A stretch of DNA of 63,891 nucleotides, the filler included, from Octopus bimaculoides (lineage: Eukaryota), in the NCBI RefSeq assembly GCF_001194135.2. It is 8 parts of 6 records of this genome, joined end to end, with 100 filler letters (N's around TTAATTAATTAA, not from the genome) between each part and the next. Parts side by side here need not be neighbours in the genome. Positions count along the whole stretch, not along the records: positions 18,971 to 36,711 come from NC_068983.1; 7 more parts are not named here. The stretch is one strand, 5' to 3'. Shown one piece after another: positions 22,880 through 35,646 of this stretch (position 1 is its first letter; every line of letters begins with the position of its first letter). The translations under genes were made by a program, and so were the position numbers. Below the pieces are notes generated by a model that made no database searches, was not told where the DNA came from, and saw only the letters and a list, made by a program, of their open reading frames with translations.

Positions 22880-24660
22880 AATGCGAGGCTGACACCGTTA
22901 ATGTTCGTATTGAAATATTACAAGTCAAAACTTGAAGGAAAGATATAAGCAAGCGAGGAGTTTTAGAGAGACTCGACACTTCAGAAAGGAAGGAAAGGCT
23001 GAGCATAGTGGTCAAAGAGGGTTGGATTCAGTAAAGGTGATGAGAGGCGGAGAGGTTGAGAGGGCTGGAAAACGTGAGTGAGGGTGGTATTAACCTAATC
23101 AGATCAGAGGAGCAGAGGCCATTATAGTTACGGTAGAAAATACATAATACATAAACAGAAGACAGCGTACTTGTGAATCAGAGGTTAGAGCATGTCTGTG
23201 AGTGATTTCAGGCCAATTAGTCGAGTGGTCCTTTTCTGAATGCGGTCTAAGATGTGTATATGTGCAGCAGATCCTAAATGTTTGAGCAGTACTCTATTGT
23301 GTGCCTCCCCTGAGCTTTGTAAAGTATCAATAATTGTCAGGAGATGAAGTATCATCTGTTCCTAGCAATGTTAAGGATGTACTTTTTCCAGGAGAGATCT
23401 TTGGTGATTGCAATACCTAACGTTTGGAGGGATTGTGATGATTCTTGTTGAGCACTGCTTACGTTTAAGGGCGGTGGTGGTGGTAGTGGTGTAAGTGCAA
23501 TGATGTTTCTTTGATATGAACAGCATTTATGTTTTCGTAATGTTGAAAGGCACAGGGTTTGCATATTCTTAGTTGGAGGATGCTTACGAGGTCCCTTTTC
23601 AAGAAATCGTTGTGAGTTTTAGCGTGTTCTGTGTAGGTTATATGTGGACGTTGCATGAAAAAGCAAGATAAGAAAAAACGAAGGGAGTGTCGTTTACATG
23701 TGAGAGAGCATCGTTGGATATGTTAATAGTTGTTGTTGGCACTCCGTCGCTTACGACGACGAGGGTTCCAGTTGATCCGATCAACGGAACAGCCTGCTCA
23801 TGAAATTAACGTGCAAGTGGCTGAGCACTCCACAGACACGTGTACCTTTAACATAGTACCCCGGATAGATTTAGCGTGACACAGTGTGACAAGGCTGGCC
23901 CTTCGAAATAAAGGCACAACAGAAACAGGAAGAAAGAGTGAGTGAAAGAGTACAGCAGGGTTCGCCACCACCCCTGCCGGAGCCTCGTGGAGCTTTAGGT
24001 GTTTTCGCTCAATAAACACTCACAACGGCCGGTCTGGGAATCGAAACCGTGATCCTATGACCGCGAGTCCGCTGCCCTAACCACCGGGCCATTGCGCCTC
24101 CACATGTTAATAGTAGACAATAGATATATTGAAATACTGTGAAAGAAAAAGTTCCATAATCATACACAGCAATCGAACAATCTGACGCAAAATATGAGAG
24201 GCGAGTGAAGGCCGCAAGTGGGTATTGTCGATTAGAGATTTGCAAACCAAAACCAGTCGAAAGCTTTATCAAAAGAAACAGCTTTGCTTTCACCAAATTT
24301 CTACAAAGCAAGCGTGCACTGGTGGGGATAACATAGGATAGTAGGTCACAGATGGATCTGGCTTTACTGAAACCGTACTGATGGCCGTTAATATGAGAGA
24401 GAGGGCGCGGGGAGTAAAGGTGTTGGACAACATCGTTGTTAATGACTGTCTTCATCAATTAAGAAATATTGAAAGTGAGTTTGATAGGGCGATAATTGGC
24501 AAAATCAGAGAGGTTACGTTTCTTGGGGATGAGACACATTGTGGTGTTATTTCTAAAGGCCCCGGAAGATTCTTGTGGAGAGGAGGGAGAAAATGAAGGG
24601 TTTGGTAAGTACAGAAGGATAGCTCTGAAATACAGTGTTTGAAGGTAATAAAAGGAACAT
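22880..24660 (-). mobile_element. Degraded jockey/CR1-type LINE RT fragment, split by SINE B
   Basis: Minus-strand relics CLIPKKRNLSDFANYRPIKL, HQYGFSKARSICDLL, FGESKAVSFD..KAFD and TLGIAITKDLSWKKYI. This is a different family from 69-1860. Confidence 0.75.
23731..24103 (-). mobile_element. SINE family B with 11-bp TSD
   Basis: Near full length. TSD ATGTTAATAGT at 23720-23730 and 24104-24114; (CAA)n tail. Confidence 0.92.
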
Positions 24661-25819
24661 TATCAGGTCCGGAAATTTTTTGTTGCTTAGAAGTGATTGG
24701 AAGTACTTGTGCATTTGGCGTGTTTATATGCTAAGTGTTGGACCCGAAAGGAGAAAAGGGAAATAATAGTTATCCGTTGAGAAGGGACTATAAAAAAAAA
24801 AAAAGGCATCGTGACCAATGTGGTATTTTTGCAATGCTTAACACTCAAAGGTTGCGTTGTCAGAGACAAATGGCATTTTTTTTTTAGATATAATGGAGTA
24901 AGTGCCGTTCGTCGGTAGAGGCACGACAGAGCAACAGATCTACTGTTGGGTCATGAAGAGTGAGTGTTGTGTCGATACCCCCATGCGAAGAAGTAGGATC
25001 GCCCAAGACATAAATAGAGCCAGTCTAGCCGTAGTAGAGGAGTTGAGTAGCTGTTGAGTAGCAGTCGAGTAGAGATCATCCGAAGGTGCTAGATAGCAGT
25101 AGCTTGAGACATAACAGTGAGCATGTGCGGTCGTCAGTTATAAAGCATGTCTTCTCAGCTCATCTCTTTGACAGAACTGTAGTCCTGTGTCAAATGAAGA
25201 CCAAAATTGGGAACGTGACACCTGGAATGTTGTCAGGCACACACAATTCTCTCGTTGGCGAGCAATACAGTCTGTGGAATGCCAGACCTTGCATTTCTAT
25301 TGAGGAATTCGGTAAGAGCGTCGACATTCGCAAGGAGATTCGGTATCGACGGAAATCAACTGAACAATTTATTCCAGAGGCTTTCAGCCGTAGGGCTATG
25401 GACATGATTTGAGGAGGATTTTGCAATTTTCTTAAAAAATTTTTTGGTAATCGTTTTTCAGGCCGTGAGATCGTGTAAAGGTTCCCTTGTGATTCATATG
25501 TAGTTGGTGGAGCAACCGGTTGCAATCCACAGAATCAGTGTTCCAGATGTCCGTAAGATAGAAGCCGTAATGTCCGTAAGATGGAGGCCTACGCTGCACA
25601 TTCTGATATGCAAAGTTAACCTCCTGCTATTGTTGTTGCTGTGTAACACCAGGTCTACCTTTCCTGACCAAACAGATCGGACCTATGGTGAGTGAAATGC
25701 ATTCCAGCCGTGATCAACTATAATTTTTAAAGCACATTGAACTATTGAACTACATTATACAATGTAATCCACACTTTCTTTTTCAAGACGCTAAGTGGTG
25801 TTTGAGAGAGATTTGATTG

Positions 25820-26180
25820 AGAGGTGATGGTGATAGTCATGATGGTGGTGGTGGTGGTGGTTATGGTGCTGGTGGGGGATGATCGTGGACAACAACAACC
25901 GCAGCAGCTGCAGCAACTACAACAGTAATGATGCTACTAATAATATTAATAATCAGAATAGTAATTGCAAATGATGATGATGATGAGGATGATGATGATG
26001 AAGCTGAAAATGATAATGATCAGTGTGGGTGGGCTGGTGGGTGATAGTCGCGTGGAGGATACATCGTTGATGAGGATGGTTGTACAGACGAGAGCACATC
26101 GCAGATGAAAATAATGAGTGTTTTCTGATGGTGATAATGACGGCGACGACGACGATGATAATAATTCCACAGAGGAAAAA
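25820..26180. repeat. Decayed (GGT/GAT/CAA)n trinucleotide tracts
   Basis: Direct. Confidence 0.75.
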
Positions 26181-26608
26181 AAAGTCCAATTTTATGAAGC
26201 GATAGATTAACCTGACTGATAATGACAAGATCAGTTGTCGGCTGAAACAGAATAGCTTGTCTACTTAAGAATAGAAGAGAAAAGGAACGAAGTGTATCAT
26301 GAGAAAATATAAACATTTAATCTTGAGTTTCTTGACTCGAGAAATAAGCACATTGTCAGTAAAGTATCAGTTTGTTAACCAAATAAAGCTTCTTTGTGGC
26401 GACCCATCTGCAACGTTAAAATAATCTCTCCCTATCTTGTGTGAATTTACTCCATACATCAACCACACTAGCTTGCTGAAACGCATTTAAAATAATAATA
26501 ATAATAATAACAAAATGATGTGCACCCGGTTAACAAATCTTCTATCCCATAGATAACGAAGAAGCTGTTCTGTTGTCAGAGAAGCGTCTACCAACCAACC
26601 AACCAGCT

Positions 26609-26811
26609 AGGCGGCGAGCTGGCAGAAACGTTAAGCAAGCGGTATTTCGTGTGTCTTTACGCTCTGAGTTCAAATTCCGCCGAGGTCGACTTTGCCTTTC
26701 ATCCTTTCGGGGTCGATAAATCAAGTACCAGTTACGCACGGGAGTCGATCTAATCGACTGGCACCCTCTCCCAAAGTTTCAGGCCTTGTGCCTAGAGTAG
26801 AAAAGAATATT
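26609..26811 (+). mobile_element. SINE family C, near consensus
   Basis: GGCGGCGAGCTGGCAGAAACG...GAGTTCAAATTCCGCCGAGGTCGACTTTGCCTTTCATCCTTTCGGGGTCGATAAA...GTAGAAAAGAATATT. Confidence 0.9.
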
Positions 26812-27009
26812 TCTGCTTCAGCAACACAGGGCTGAATCTTGTCTGAAATGTAATGGGAAAATAAGTCAGTTTCGAAACAATGATGTCCAGGTCACAAAAG
26901 CAAAATTTGAAGGGAATAGTAGTCATTTCCTTTGATTTCTAGATAGAAGCAAGCAGGAAATAACATTTACAGGCAAAAGAAAAAAATAATAAATAAAAAC
27001 TTTGCTGCA

Positions 27010-27200
27010 CAGTGTAATCTAATACTTGTAATCTAATATCTGTAAGTTATCTGATACCTGTAGGTGCACTATTCATCCAATAATTGTAGGTGCATTAGTG
27101 CAGCATACAATACTTGTAAGTGCACTAGTGAATCATTCAGTACTTACTAGTAGATGCATTAGTGAGTTATCCAATCGTTGCCCATGCATTTGTCAACAAT
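27010..27200. repeat. Degenerate ~26-33 bp minisatellite
   Basis: Recurring TGTA(G/A)GTGCA(C/T)TA(G/T)T...CAATA units, about 4 clear and 2 decayed. Confidence 0.55.
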
Positions 27201-27268
27201 TTAATGATTGACGATGATGATTAGATCTATTTAAAATCTATGGGTGAACGACTATCGGCAAAGACCTA

Positions 27269-27675
27269 CCGTAAATCCTCGAGTATAGTCCGCCCTTGAG
27301 TATAATACGCAGGGAATTTTTAGGGGGCTGTACCTCTGAAAAACCTAAACCTTGTATATAATACACACCCCTTCTCTAACTTGAGTCAAGGAGGTCTATA
27401 TAAAGTCCTTGGTTTGTAAACGTATATACGGTAACGTCCTTTATTATTATTGTATATATAACATAATGCAAACGTGTAGCTTTTTTGTGCACTTTGCAGA
27501 AAATAAAGAAATAACAGTAATAACGTGAGGGAAAAATATTAAGTAAATTGCCTTTACATATGAAAATTTTGCTTAGAAAATATTTTTCATTTTTAACCTC
27601 GTCTATAGTACGCACTAGAAATTTTGACCTTTAAATTTTTGGGGAAAAGTGCGGATTATACTCGAGGATTTACGG
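27269..27675. mobile_element. pogo/Tc1-like MITE (407 bp)
   Basis: 25-bp TIR CCGTAAATCCTCGAGTATA(G/A)TCCGC, 24/25 identical. TA on the left, CA (probably a mutated TA) on the right. Confidence 0.85.
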
Positions 27676-28215
27676 CATATATGTACGTATGATTGTCCGG
27701 TACTACAGTGAAATGTTAGAAAAATGTTGGCTGACATTTTATGACTCCTGTCAATTACAATCATACGAATGCTCTCTTGTGCCCACATATTTTGCAAGAT
27801 CTGTGTATAAAGCACTGATGTTTGTGTGCCTTTAACAGGGCTTATTTTTAGTGCAAGAATTCCGACCAAGACTCCAGCTTGAATCATGAATCGCAGCTTT
27901 TTCCATCAGCTCCGGAAGCCCCAAAAGATATCATATATCTTCTTCACTTCCTCTAAATTTTGAAGATATCTTCTTCACTTCCTCTAAGTTTTGAAACAAT
28001 GAATAAAGAAACAAAATTTCTTATAGTTTGTTAACCCTCGCTATTGGCTCACCAACACAATTTTCCCGCTTTTACCTTCCATACTTCAACCTGCCTGTTC
28101 CATCCCAATTTTGTTCTACAAACTTACTCATCAAAGGCAGCCATGTGCTGTACTCATTCTCTTCATACTTTCTCACTGAATTTCTCATCACCAAATGGTT
28201 AGTTCACATTACTCT

Positions 28216-28441
28216 GTAAAGGGGCATAGGGCCGGTTTCCTGGTTTCTCAGGGGCATATATGTCTCCCTGGACGGGACACCGGTCTGTCAGAGGATTACT
28301 TATTTTTACCAGTTGAGTGGACTGGGGCAACGCTAAATGAAATATTTTGCGCAAGAACACTTATCGCCCGGTTCAGGAATCGAAACCACAGTCATATGAT
28401 CATGAGTCCAAAACACTAACCTTTAAGCCATGCACCTCCAC
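28216..28441 (-). mobile_element. SINE family D
   Basis: Reverse complement of the 39195-39466 type (tRNA-like head GTGGTTTCGATTCC, CAGACCGGTGTCCCGTCCAGGG motif). Confidence 0.7.
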
Positions 28442-29007
28442 TTAACACCAGATAGTAGGTAGAATTATTCCGCTTCAAATCTAAATCTTAATCTAGAATT
28501 TTCACTCTGTTCATCTTTTTTCATCACGTTTCTTTGTTATCCTATCCTTTCCTCTTAGTCACGGATTCAACATTCATAACTGCCAATAAAACAATTGCAC
28601 ACCTCATCCAAACGCTTCAAACATCCACACCAAAATAACTTCAACTGACTTTCCTTCCTGCTTGGATAAAAAGTTTTTAAAAACAGTAAAAGAAAAGCAC
28701 ACACGTTCACTCGCTGACACCTCACAATCAAGCAAAATCACGCTCTTTCTCTCTCACTCGCGCATGCGCACACACACACATACACACATGCAAGGCTCTC
28801 TAACACTGTTACAAGGCCACGAATTTTTAGAAAAGCTTATAGTACTTACTTTCTTTTTCAACCGCAGAAGGCTGAAAAGAAAAGTTGACCTTGGCTTGTC
28901 TCCAACCTAGAGCGTTAAAATAACGTAATACCGGAATCTTACTGTTCCATGCTCTTTCGATTCCAACGATCCATCGTTCTTGAGTAGAAAACATTAATTA
29001 TGTTTAA

Positions 29008-29218
29008 CCCTTTAGTATTCAAACCGGCCATATCTGGCTAAAATATTCTACCTGTTTTATGCTCAAACCAGCCAGATCTAACCTCTCACACTTACACTAC
29101 AATGTCCTTGTAAAAATAAGCAATCACATCTTAAAGCTGCAAGGTGATGTATCATTAATTGAAAATGGTGTGAATAAATAGGTATTACTTTTGACAGAAT
29201 AAGCCGAATGCTAAAGGA
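29008..29218. mobile_element. piggyBac-like MITE
   Basis: TTAA|CCCTTTAGTATTC ... GAATGCTAAAGGA|TTAA. TTAA at 29004-07 and 29219-22. Confidence 0.75.
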
Positions 29219-30573
29219 TTAAGATAAACGCTTGGCCACAAATCTTGGTGATGGGATATTGGTGGAAATACTTAACGTCTGTGTTTAACGGCCTTGGAAG
29301 AACGAAGATTGAAAAGGAATTTCAAATTCGGAACGATACAACTTTAGAATATAAAGGTGGCTTAATGACAAGGGGTTTTTTTTTTGTTACATTCGATGCT
29401 CTGCTGATTCTGAAAGCGATCGATCTTTCTTTGAATCTAAAATAATGAATGAATCTATTTAAACAAAAGCAATAAATTATGATCAATCCTTTTTAAAAAG
29501 GTATTTGAACTTCCATTGCTATTTCACACACACACATACACACACACGCGCACGCACACGCGCACGCACACGCGCACGCACACGCGCACGCACACGCACA
29601 CACACGCACGTTAACTTTTGTAGGATTGAGGTGGCGTTGTATTCATAAGCAGCTTCTATAAGCCTTCATAAGCCTTCAGCTTCTATATCCAGATTATTAA
29701 TTCACATTTACACCAATAATAATTTGTGCACATGGTTTTGTGCCTAAACGACAATCTGCAGGAATTGGAGTTCTCAGAAAAAGAAATCCGCCGGCTAACA
29801 CGCACAAAACATTTAAATACAATCTGCCAACAGAACTTTAAGATACGCAAAATTTTTCTCATGTTTANNNNNNNNNNNNNNNNNNNNNNNNNNNNNNNNN
29901 NNNNNNNNNNNNNNNNNNNNNNNNNNNNNNNNNNNNNNNNNNNNNNNNNNNNNNNNNNNNNNNNNNNNNNNNNNNNNNNNNNNNNNNNNNNNNNNNNNNN
30001 NNNNNNNNNNNNNNNNNNNNNNNNNNNNNNNNNNNNNNNNNNNNNNNNNNNNNNNNNNNNNNNNNNNNNNNNNNNNNNNNNNNNNNNNNNNNNNNNNNNN
30101 NNNNNNNNNNNNNNNNNNNNNNNNNNNNNNNNNNNNNNNNNNNNNNNNNNNNNNNNNNNNNNNNNNNNNNNNNNNNNNNNNNNNNNNNNNNNNNNNNNNN
30201 NNNNNNNNNNNNNNNNNNNNNNNNNNNNNNNNNNNNNNNNNNNNNNNNNNNNNNNNNNNNNNNNNNNNNNNNNNNNNNNNNNNNNNNNNNNNNNNNNNNN
30301 NNNNNNNNNNNNNNNNNNNNNNNNNNNNNNNNNNNNNNNNNNNNNNNNNNNNNNNNNNNNNNNNNNNNNNNNNNNNNNNNNNNNNNNNNNNNNNNNNNNN
30401 NNNNNNNNNNNNNNNNNNNNNNNNNNNNNNNNNNNNNNNNNNNNNNNNNNNNNNNNNNNNNNNNNNNNNNNNNNNNNNNNNNNNNNNNNNNNNNNNNNNN
30501 NNNNNNNNNNNNNNNNNNNNNNNNNNNNNNNNNNNNNNNNNNNNNNNNNNNNNNNNNNNNNNNTAAATTAAAC

Positions 30574-31270
30574 ACCAGTTGCGTACAGGGGTCGATCTAA
30601 TTGACTGGCCCCATCGCCCAAAGTTTCAGGCCTCGTGCCTAGAGTAGAAAAAATTATAAGTACCAGGAAGGTAGCGAGCTGGCAGACGCGTTAGCACGCC
30701 GGGCGAAATGCTTAGCAGTATTTCGTTCTGAGTTCAAATTCTGCCGAGGTCGACTTTGTCTTTCATCCTTTCGGGGTCGATAAATTAAGTACTAGTGAAA
30801 CACTGGGTTCGATGTAATCGACTAGTCCCCCGCCTTCGAATTTCAGGCCTTCGGGGTTGATAGAAGAAGTACCAATTGAGTACTGGGGTCAATGTAATCG
30901 ACTTGCCCCCTTTCCTGAGCTTGCTGACCATGTGTCAACATTTGAAACCATTATTATAAGTACCAGCTAAGCACTGGGGTCGATGTAATCGACTAGACCC
31001 CCTCAACAAATTCCAGGTCTTGTGCCTACAGTAGAAAGGAATTTTAAACATTTACACGAAGGCAGCATGCTGGTAGAAGCGTTACAGCACCGGACAAAAT
31101 GCTTAATGACATTTCTTCCGACTTTACGTTCTGACTTCAAATACCACCAAGGTCGACTTTTCCATTTATCCTTTTGGGGTTGATAAAATAAGTGCCTGTT
31201 GAGTACTGGGGTTGATATAATGGACTTCCCTCCTCAAATTTGTTGATCCTGTGTCAAAATTAAAAAAACA
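30574..31270 (+). mobile_element. Head-to-tail cluster of five SINE C units (full and 5'-truncated)
   Basis: Units at approximately 30574-30655, 30667-30849, 30850-30952, 30953-31043 and 31058-31270. Confidence 0.8.
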
Positions 31271-32151
31271 GAATTATAGATTTACATTTTCATACTTCGA
31301 CAGGAAGCTTTGGTCAAACAATACAACAAAGCAATAATGGAAAAAAAAAATCAACAATTTAAAACTAAATAAACTGAAGTAGTCGTTGTTGTTCTTATTG
31401 TTGTTTTGTCATATGTTAGCTCTGATCAAGAAGACCACGCCCATACACGGACAGAGGTGTACAGCCATTGAAACACAAGAAGTCTAGACTATTTTATCTT
31501 TGTTAATTAGAGGCTAGCGGAAACGGTTCCAAACGAAATTGCGTTACTTGATAACACGAGCATACCTCAACATTCGGTCGTTTTGAGTTACGTCGTTTTT
31601 TTAAAGAGATTAATAGAATGCCACACCCTACCAACTTCAGTCGATTTATCCGATTCTACGTCGGTCTCAGCGCACATTTAAAAACGTAGAAATTAGAAAC
31701 AAACCAGAAAATACCTGAAACCAACACTGAAATGGAGAAATCAAATAAAATACACGTAAAGTATGTACAAATTATTTATTAAACCAGATATGAGCTAATA
31801 AATTTTTTAAAAGCGCTTTTTCGTGTTACGTCGTTTTTCTAGTTAAGTCGCGTCTTGGAGTCAGTTACCGGCGTAATTTGAAGCAAGCCTTGCAAACACA
31901 CGCATTCTCGCGCTTACAGAGGAAGACGTAAACACGCACTAAACATTAAGATTTGATGCGCAACAGCAGTAAACCAGGAGAGGTTGGAAGAGTGCCAGAA
32001 TAAGAAACAACGTGTTTTGATGTTTACTCATTGACAAACTATTGATAAACATAAAACTATGTTCTATGTAGACGCGCAGTTACACATACACGCATACAGG
32101 TAACTTCATCCCCACAGGTACACACACATATGTATATATATATATTTATCT

Positions 32152-32328
32152 GTGTGTGTCTTCTGTTACCGCTTGACAACCGCTGATGGTGTGTGACTTA
32201 GCGGTTCGGCAAAAGAGAACGATAAAATAAGAACCAGGCTTAAAAAAGTCTTGGAGTAGATTTGTTCGACTAAAACCCGTCAAGGTGGGGGTCCTAGCAT
32301 GACCACCGTCAAACGACTGAAATAATGC
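32152..32328 (+). mobile_element. SINE family A 3' domain
   Basis: CGCTTGACAACCGCTGATGGTG...GCGGTTCGGCAAAAGAG...CTAGCATGACCACCGTC. Further pieces lie at ~32990-33045 (-), 36315-36385, 38604-38685 (-), 48575-48720 (-), 53095-53285, 56820-56960 (-), 57470-57620 and 57735-57945 (-). Confidence 0.75.
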
Positions 32329-32615
32329 GTTACCCCGAACTCTTTTGTCTTGCGACCGCACGGGCTTTTTTTTGTTCTATATGCATATTTTATTTTGTCG
32401 TATTTGTCTTCGTCATTGTCCTGTACGTTCAATAGGTATTCCCAGTGGCTTTTCACCTCTGGCCCCACCAAAAAGGAATAATATCAACGTTAAAGGTGCG
32501 AAACTGTAACGATCTTTTGGACGTTGACTGACGATGAATTAGCTACGAATTTCCTGTTTTTTATGTTTTTCTAAATTTTCCGTTTGTTGTGTTTTTGTTA
32601 AATCCCAGAAGATTC

Positions 32616-32647
<32 letters not shown>

Positions 32648-32648
<1 letters not shown>

Positions 32649-32892
32649 TGAGAATTTACAAAAAAGCAAAAGACGAAGACGGGTGTGTGAACAACAAACA
32701 GATGTATTAGTTTAACGCTCGGGAAGTGAGAAAGTCTTTTACGTTTCGAGCCTACGCTCTTCAATAGAAAGGAACACAGAAATAAACAGGGAGAGAAAAT
32801 TTAAAAAAAGGTTTAGTGGCTAGCGATCTATCATGGCGAATGCCGGACAGAGGGGGTCACGCAAGAGAGCTAGGAAGAAAGGGAGATAATAN
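32648..32892 (-). mobile_element. Family F: (TA)n-anchored short repeat carrying a hammerhead-like motif (probable PLE pseudo-LTR), copy 1
   Basis: Homologous to 44681-44850 and 59750-59937, and abuts (TA)n. Motif at 32736-32771, minus strand: CTTT-CTATTGA-A-GAG-CGTAGG-CTC-GAA-ACGT-A-AAAG. Confidence 0.75.
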
Positions 32893-32949
32893 NNNNNNNN
32901 NNNNNNNNNNNNNNNNNNNNNNNNNNNNNNNNNNNNNNNNNNNNNNNNN

Positions 32950-32993
<44 letters not shown>

Positions 32994-33537
32994 TCTCTTC
33001 TTTTATTTGTTTCAGTCACTTGACTGCGGTTATGCTGGAGTACGTATGTGTGTGCACGGACGCACGCGCGTTTGTGTATGCTTAGCGTAATTTTATGTTT
33101 ATCAATACTTCGTCAATGAGTAAACAAAAAACTACGCTATCTCTTATTTTGGAGCTATTCCAAAATGGACTGTCTGCTAGATTCCTCTTCTCTCTATCTC
33201 TCATACTTACACATTTATAAATAATGTAAAATGGATGCGAGATTAGAAAAATACATGCAAAAAACAATATAACATGTGGTACTAATTCTCGTTTATTTAT
33301 TACATACCAGCAGACAACAGATCTCGAGAGGCCTAATTGCCACGATAATTCGTAAGTTCGTCATTTACAGATTTGAATGAGAGTAATTCATAGAGCGGCG
33401 AGTAACGATTTTCAATAACAGCCGTAAAAAAAAAAAAGAGGTCGAAGTTAAACATATTGTAGAAGTAGTGTTATGCATGTGTTTTTGAAATTCAAGGTCT
33501 CCAGGGTTATATGTGTAGTGCGAATGGGAAATATTTC

Positions 33538-33700
33538 AGGTATGGCTGTGTGGTAAGAATCTCGTTTTGCCACTATGTTGTTTTGGGTTCGATCCTACTG
33601 CGCAGAATCTTGGGCAAGTGTCTTCTCCTATAACTCTGGGCCGACCAATGCCTTGTGAATGAATTAATGAATTTGCTAGGCGGAAATTGCGTGGAATTCC
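33538..33700 (+). mobile_element. SINE family A head and core (diverged)
   Basis: TGGCTGTGTGGTAAG...GGGTTCGATCC...TTGGGCAAGTGTCTTC...GGGCCGACCAATGCCTTGTG. Confidence 0.8.
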
Positions 33701-35145
33701 ATCGCGCACGCGCGCACACACACACAGTATAATGTGTCTTGAATGGCACAACGATGCACTATAATAACAACAATGGACTATAATAACTGTTATGATTTAA
33801 TTATCCATAGTCTGATATAATATTTCGGAATATAATAATTCCTTCTTCTGAAAGAAAGAGAGAAAGAGAGAGGGGCTGAGAGTGACCTTATGATATAATA
33901 GAGAGGGGGAATATTCTCCTTAACGGGAGAGACCCAATTCAGTGTTTTTTTCTTTTGTTGTTTTTTTCTTATCTTAAGAGGTTTCTTTTCCTATTAGTGA
34001 AACAATAAATGATGTTTCCAAATTTCAATAAAATCCATTTATTGGATATTCCTGTGGTTGTAGTAGTTGTTGAAAGCGCTATTTCGTCCTTTTTCTGAGC
34101 TCGTCAGTACAACATAACTTGAGAACTTGAAATTAATCAATATAATTTGATAGGTTTAGAATTAAATACGATCGACTTTCTTTTCGTTTTCTTTTCTCTT
34201 TTAATAGTGGGGGAAAAGAGCGAAGATATATATTTTTGGATGTATATGTAAAACCTAAACTAATAAAAATGGGAGTGGTCCCTTTCAGTAAATATTTTCG
34301 ACATCTTGACCGAACTTTAATTACATTATGGAACGCCCATCAACCTTTGTTTAGCTCTACCTTTGACTGATTTCAACTAAATGTCTAAAACATTTTTTAA
34401 ATAAGTGGGGAAAAAAAATTCTAAAAACTATCCGTTGAATTCTATCTTTGGCATAACTTAAAATCACGCTCCCACAGAAATTACGTTAACCACATTTCTT
34501 CTTCTTTTTCTTCTCCTCCTCCTTCCCCTCCTTCCCCTCACCGACTCCTCCTCTTCCTCCTCTTCCTCCTCTTCCTCCTCCTCTCTTCCTCCTTATTCTT
34601 CACATACATACATACATACATACATACATACATACATGCATACATACATACACACATACATACACACATACATGCATACATACATGCATACATACATATA
34701 AACATGCATACATAAATACATGCATACATATTCATGTGTGTATCTATGCATCTATAGTTGTGTGCGCCCGATCTCGTGTGCATCTCTCAACGGTGTATAT
34801 TGGGTCAAGGATATTAAACATAAGCCAAAATTTGATTTATTTTGATTAGACACAATATCAAAGTTTGGAAGGTATTGACACAAACAACTGAATCTACACC
34901 ATATATTACTAGTATATACTTTGTCGAACCTTCGAGCATGAAATAGAATTTCTGTTCGAGATGAATTCGAACTCAGAACAATAAACTACCGAACTAGTTA
35001 TATAGTCTGATGTTGGACTGTTTTGACCATAGCCTACCGTGCAGGCTATATTCCTCCTCTAGAAAAATCCTGTATAAGTTCGATTAGAAAGATATTTGAC
35101 TTTTATGCGTTTCGATAAAATCTCCTTTAACACCAATTAGATAGT

Positions 35146-35372
35146 ATTACTCTTTTACTCTTTTACTCGTTTCAGTCATTTGACTACAGCCATGCTGGAG
35201 CACCGCCTTTAGACGAGCAAATCGACCCCAGGACTTATTCTTTGGAAGCCTAGTACTTATTCTATGGTTCTCTATTGCCGAACCGCTAAGTGACGGGGAC
35301 GTAAACACACCAGCATCGGTTGTCAAGAGATGTTGGGGAGAGAAACACAGACACACAAACATATACATACAC

Positions 35373-35405
<33 letters not shown>

Positions 35406-35646
35406 NNNNNNNNNNNNNNNNNNNNNNNNNNNNNNNNNNNNNNNNNNNNNNNNNNNNNNNNNNNNNNNNNNNNNATATATATACGACAGGCTTCTTTCAG
35501 TTTTCGTCTACCAAATCCACTCACAAGGCTTTGGTCGGCCCGAGGCTATAGTAGAAAACACTTGCCCAAGGTGCCACGCAGCGGGACTGAACCCGGAACC
35601 ATGTGGTTTGTAAGCAAGCTACTTACCACACAGCCACTCCTGCGCC
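35146..35646 (-). mobile_element. Full-length SINE family A with a gap in the internal microsatellite
   Basis: Reverse complement of 19748-20174, including the (TTACTCTT)n tail. Confidence 0.9.

Noticed and set aside
25086-25525. Overlapping 108-aa (+) and 111-aa (-) ORFs in a GC-richer stretch
   Set aside because: No recognisable motifs on either strand. Probably a decayed TE interior, but I cannot assign it.
27010-27200. CRISPR-like repeat-spacer array
   Set aside because: Eukaryotic context, no cas genes, short degenerate cores and mutually similar spacers.
27935-27996. 31-bp direct tandem duplication
   Set aside because: Real (two copies, about two mismatches) but an ordinary slippage event with no further structure.
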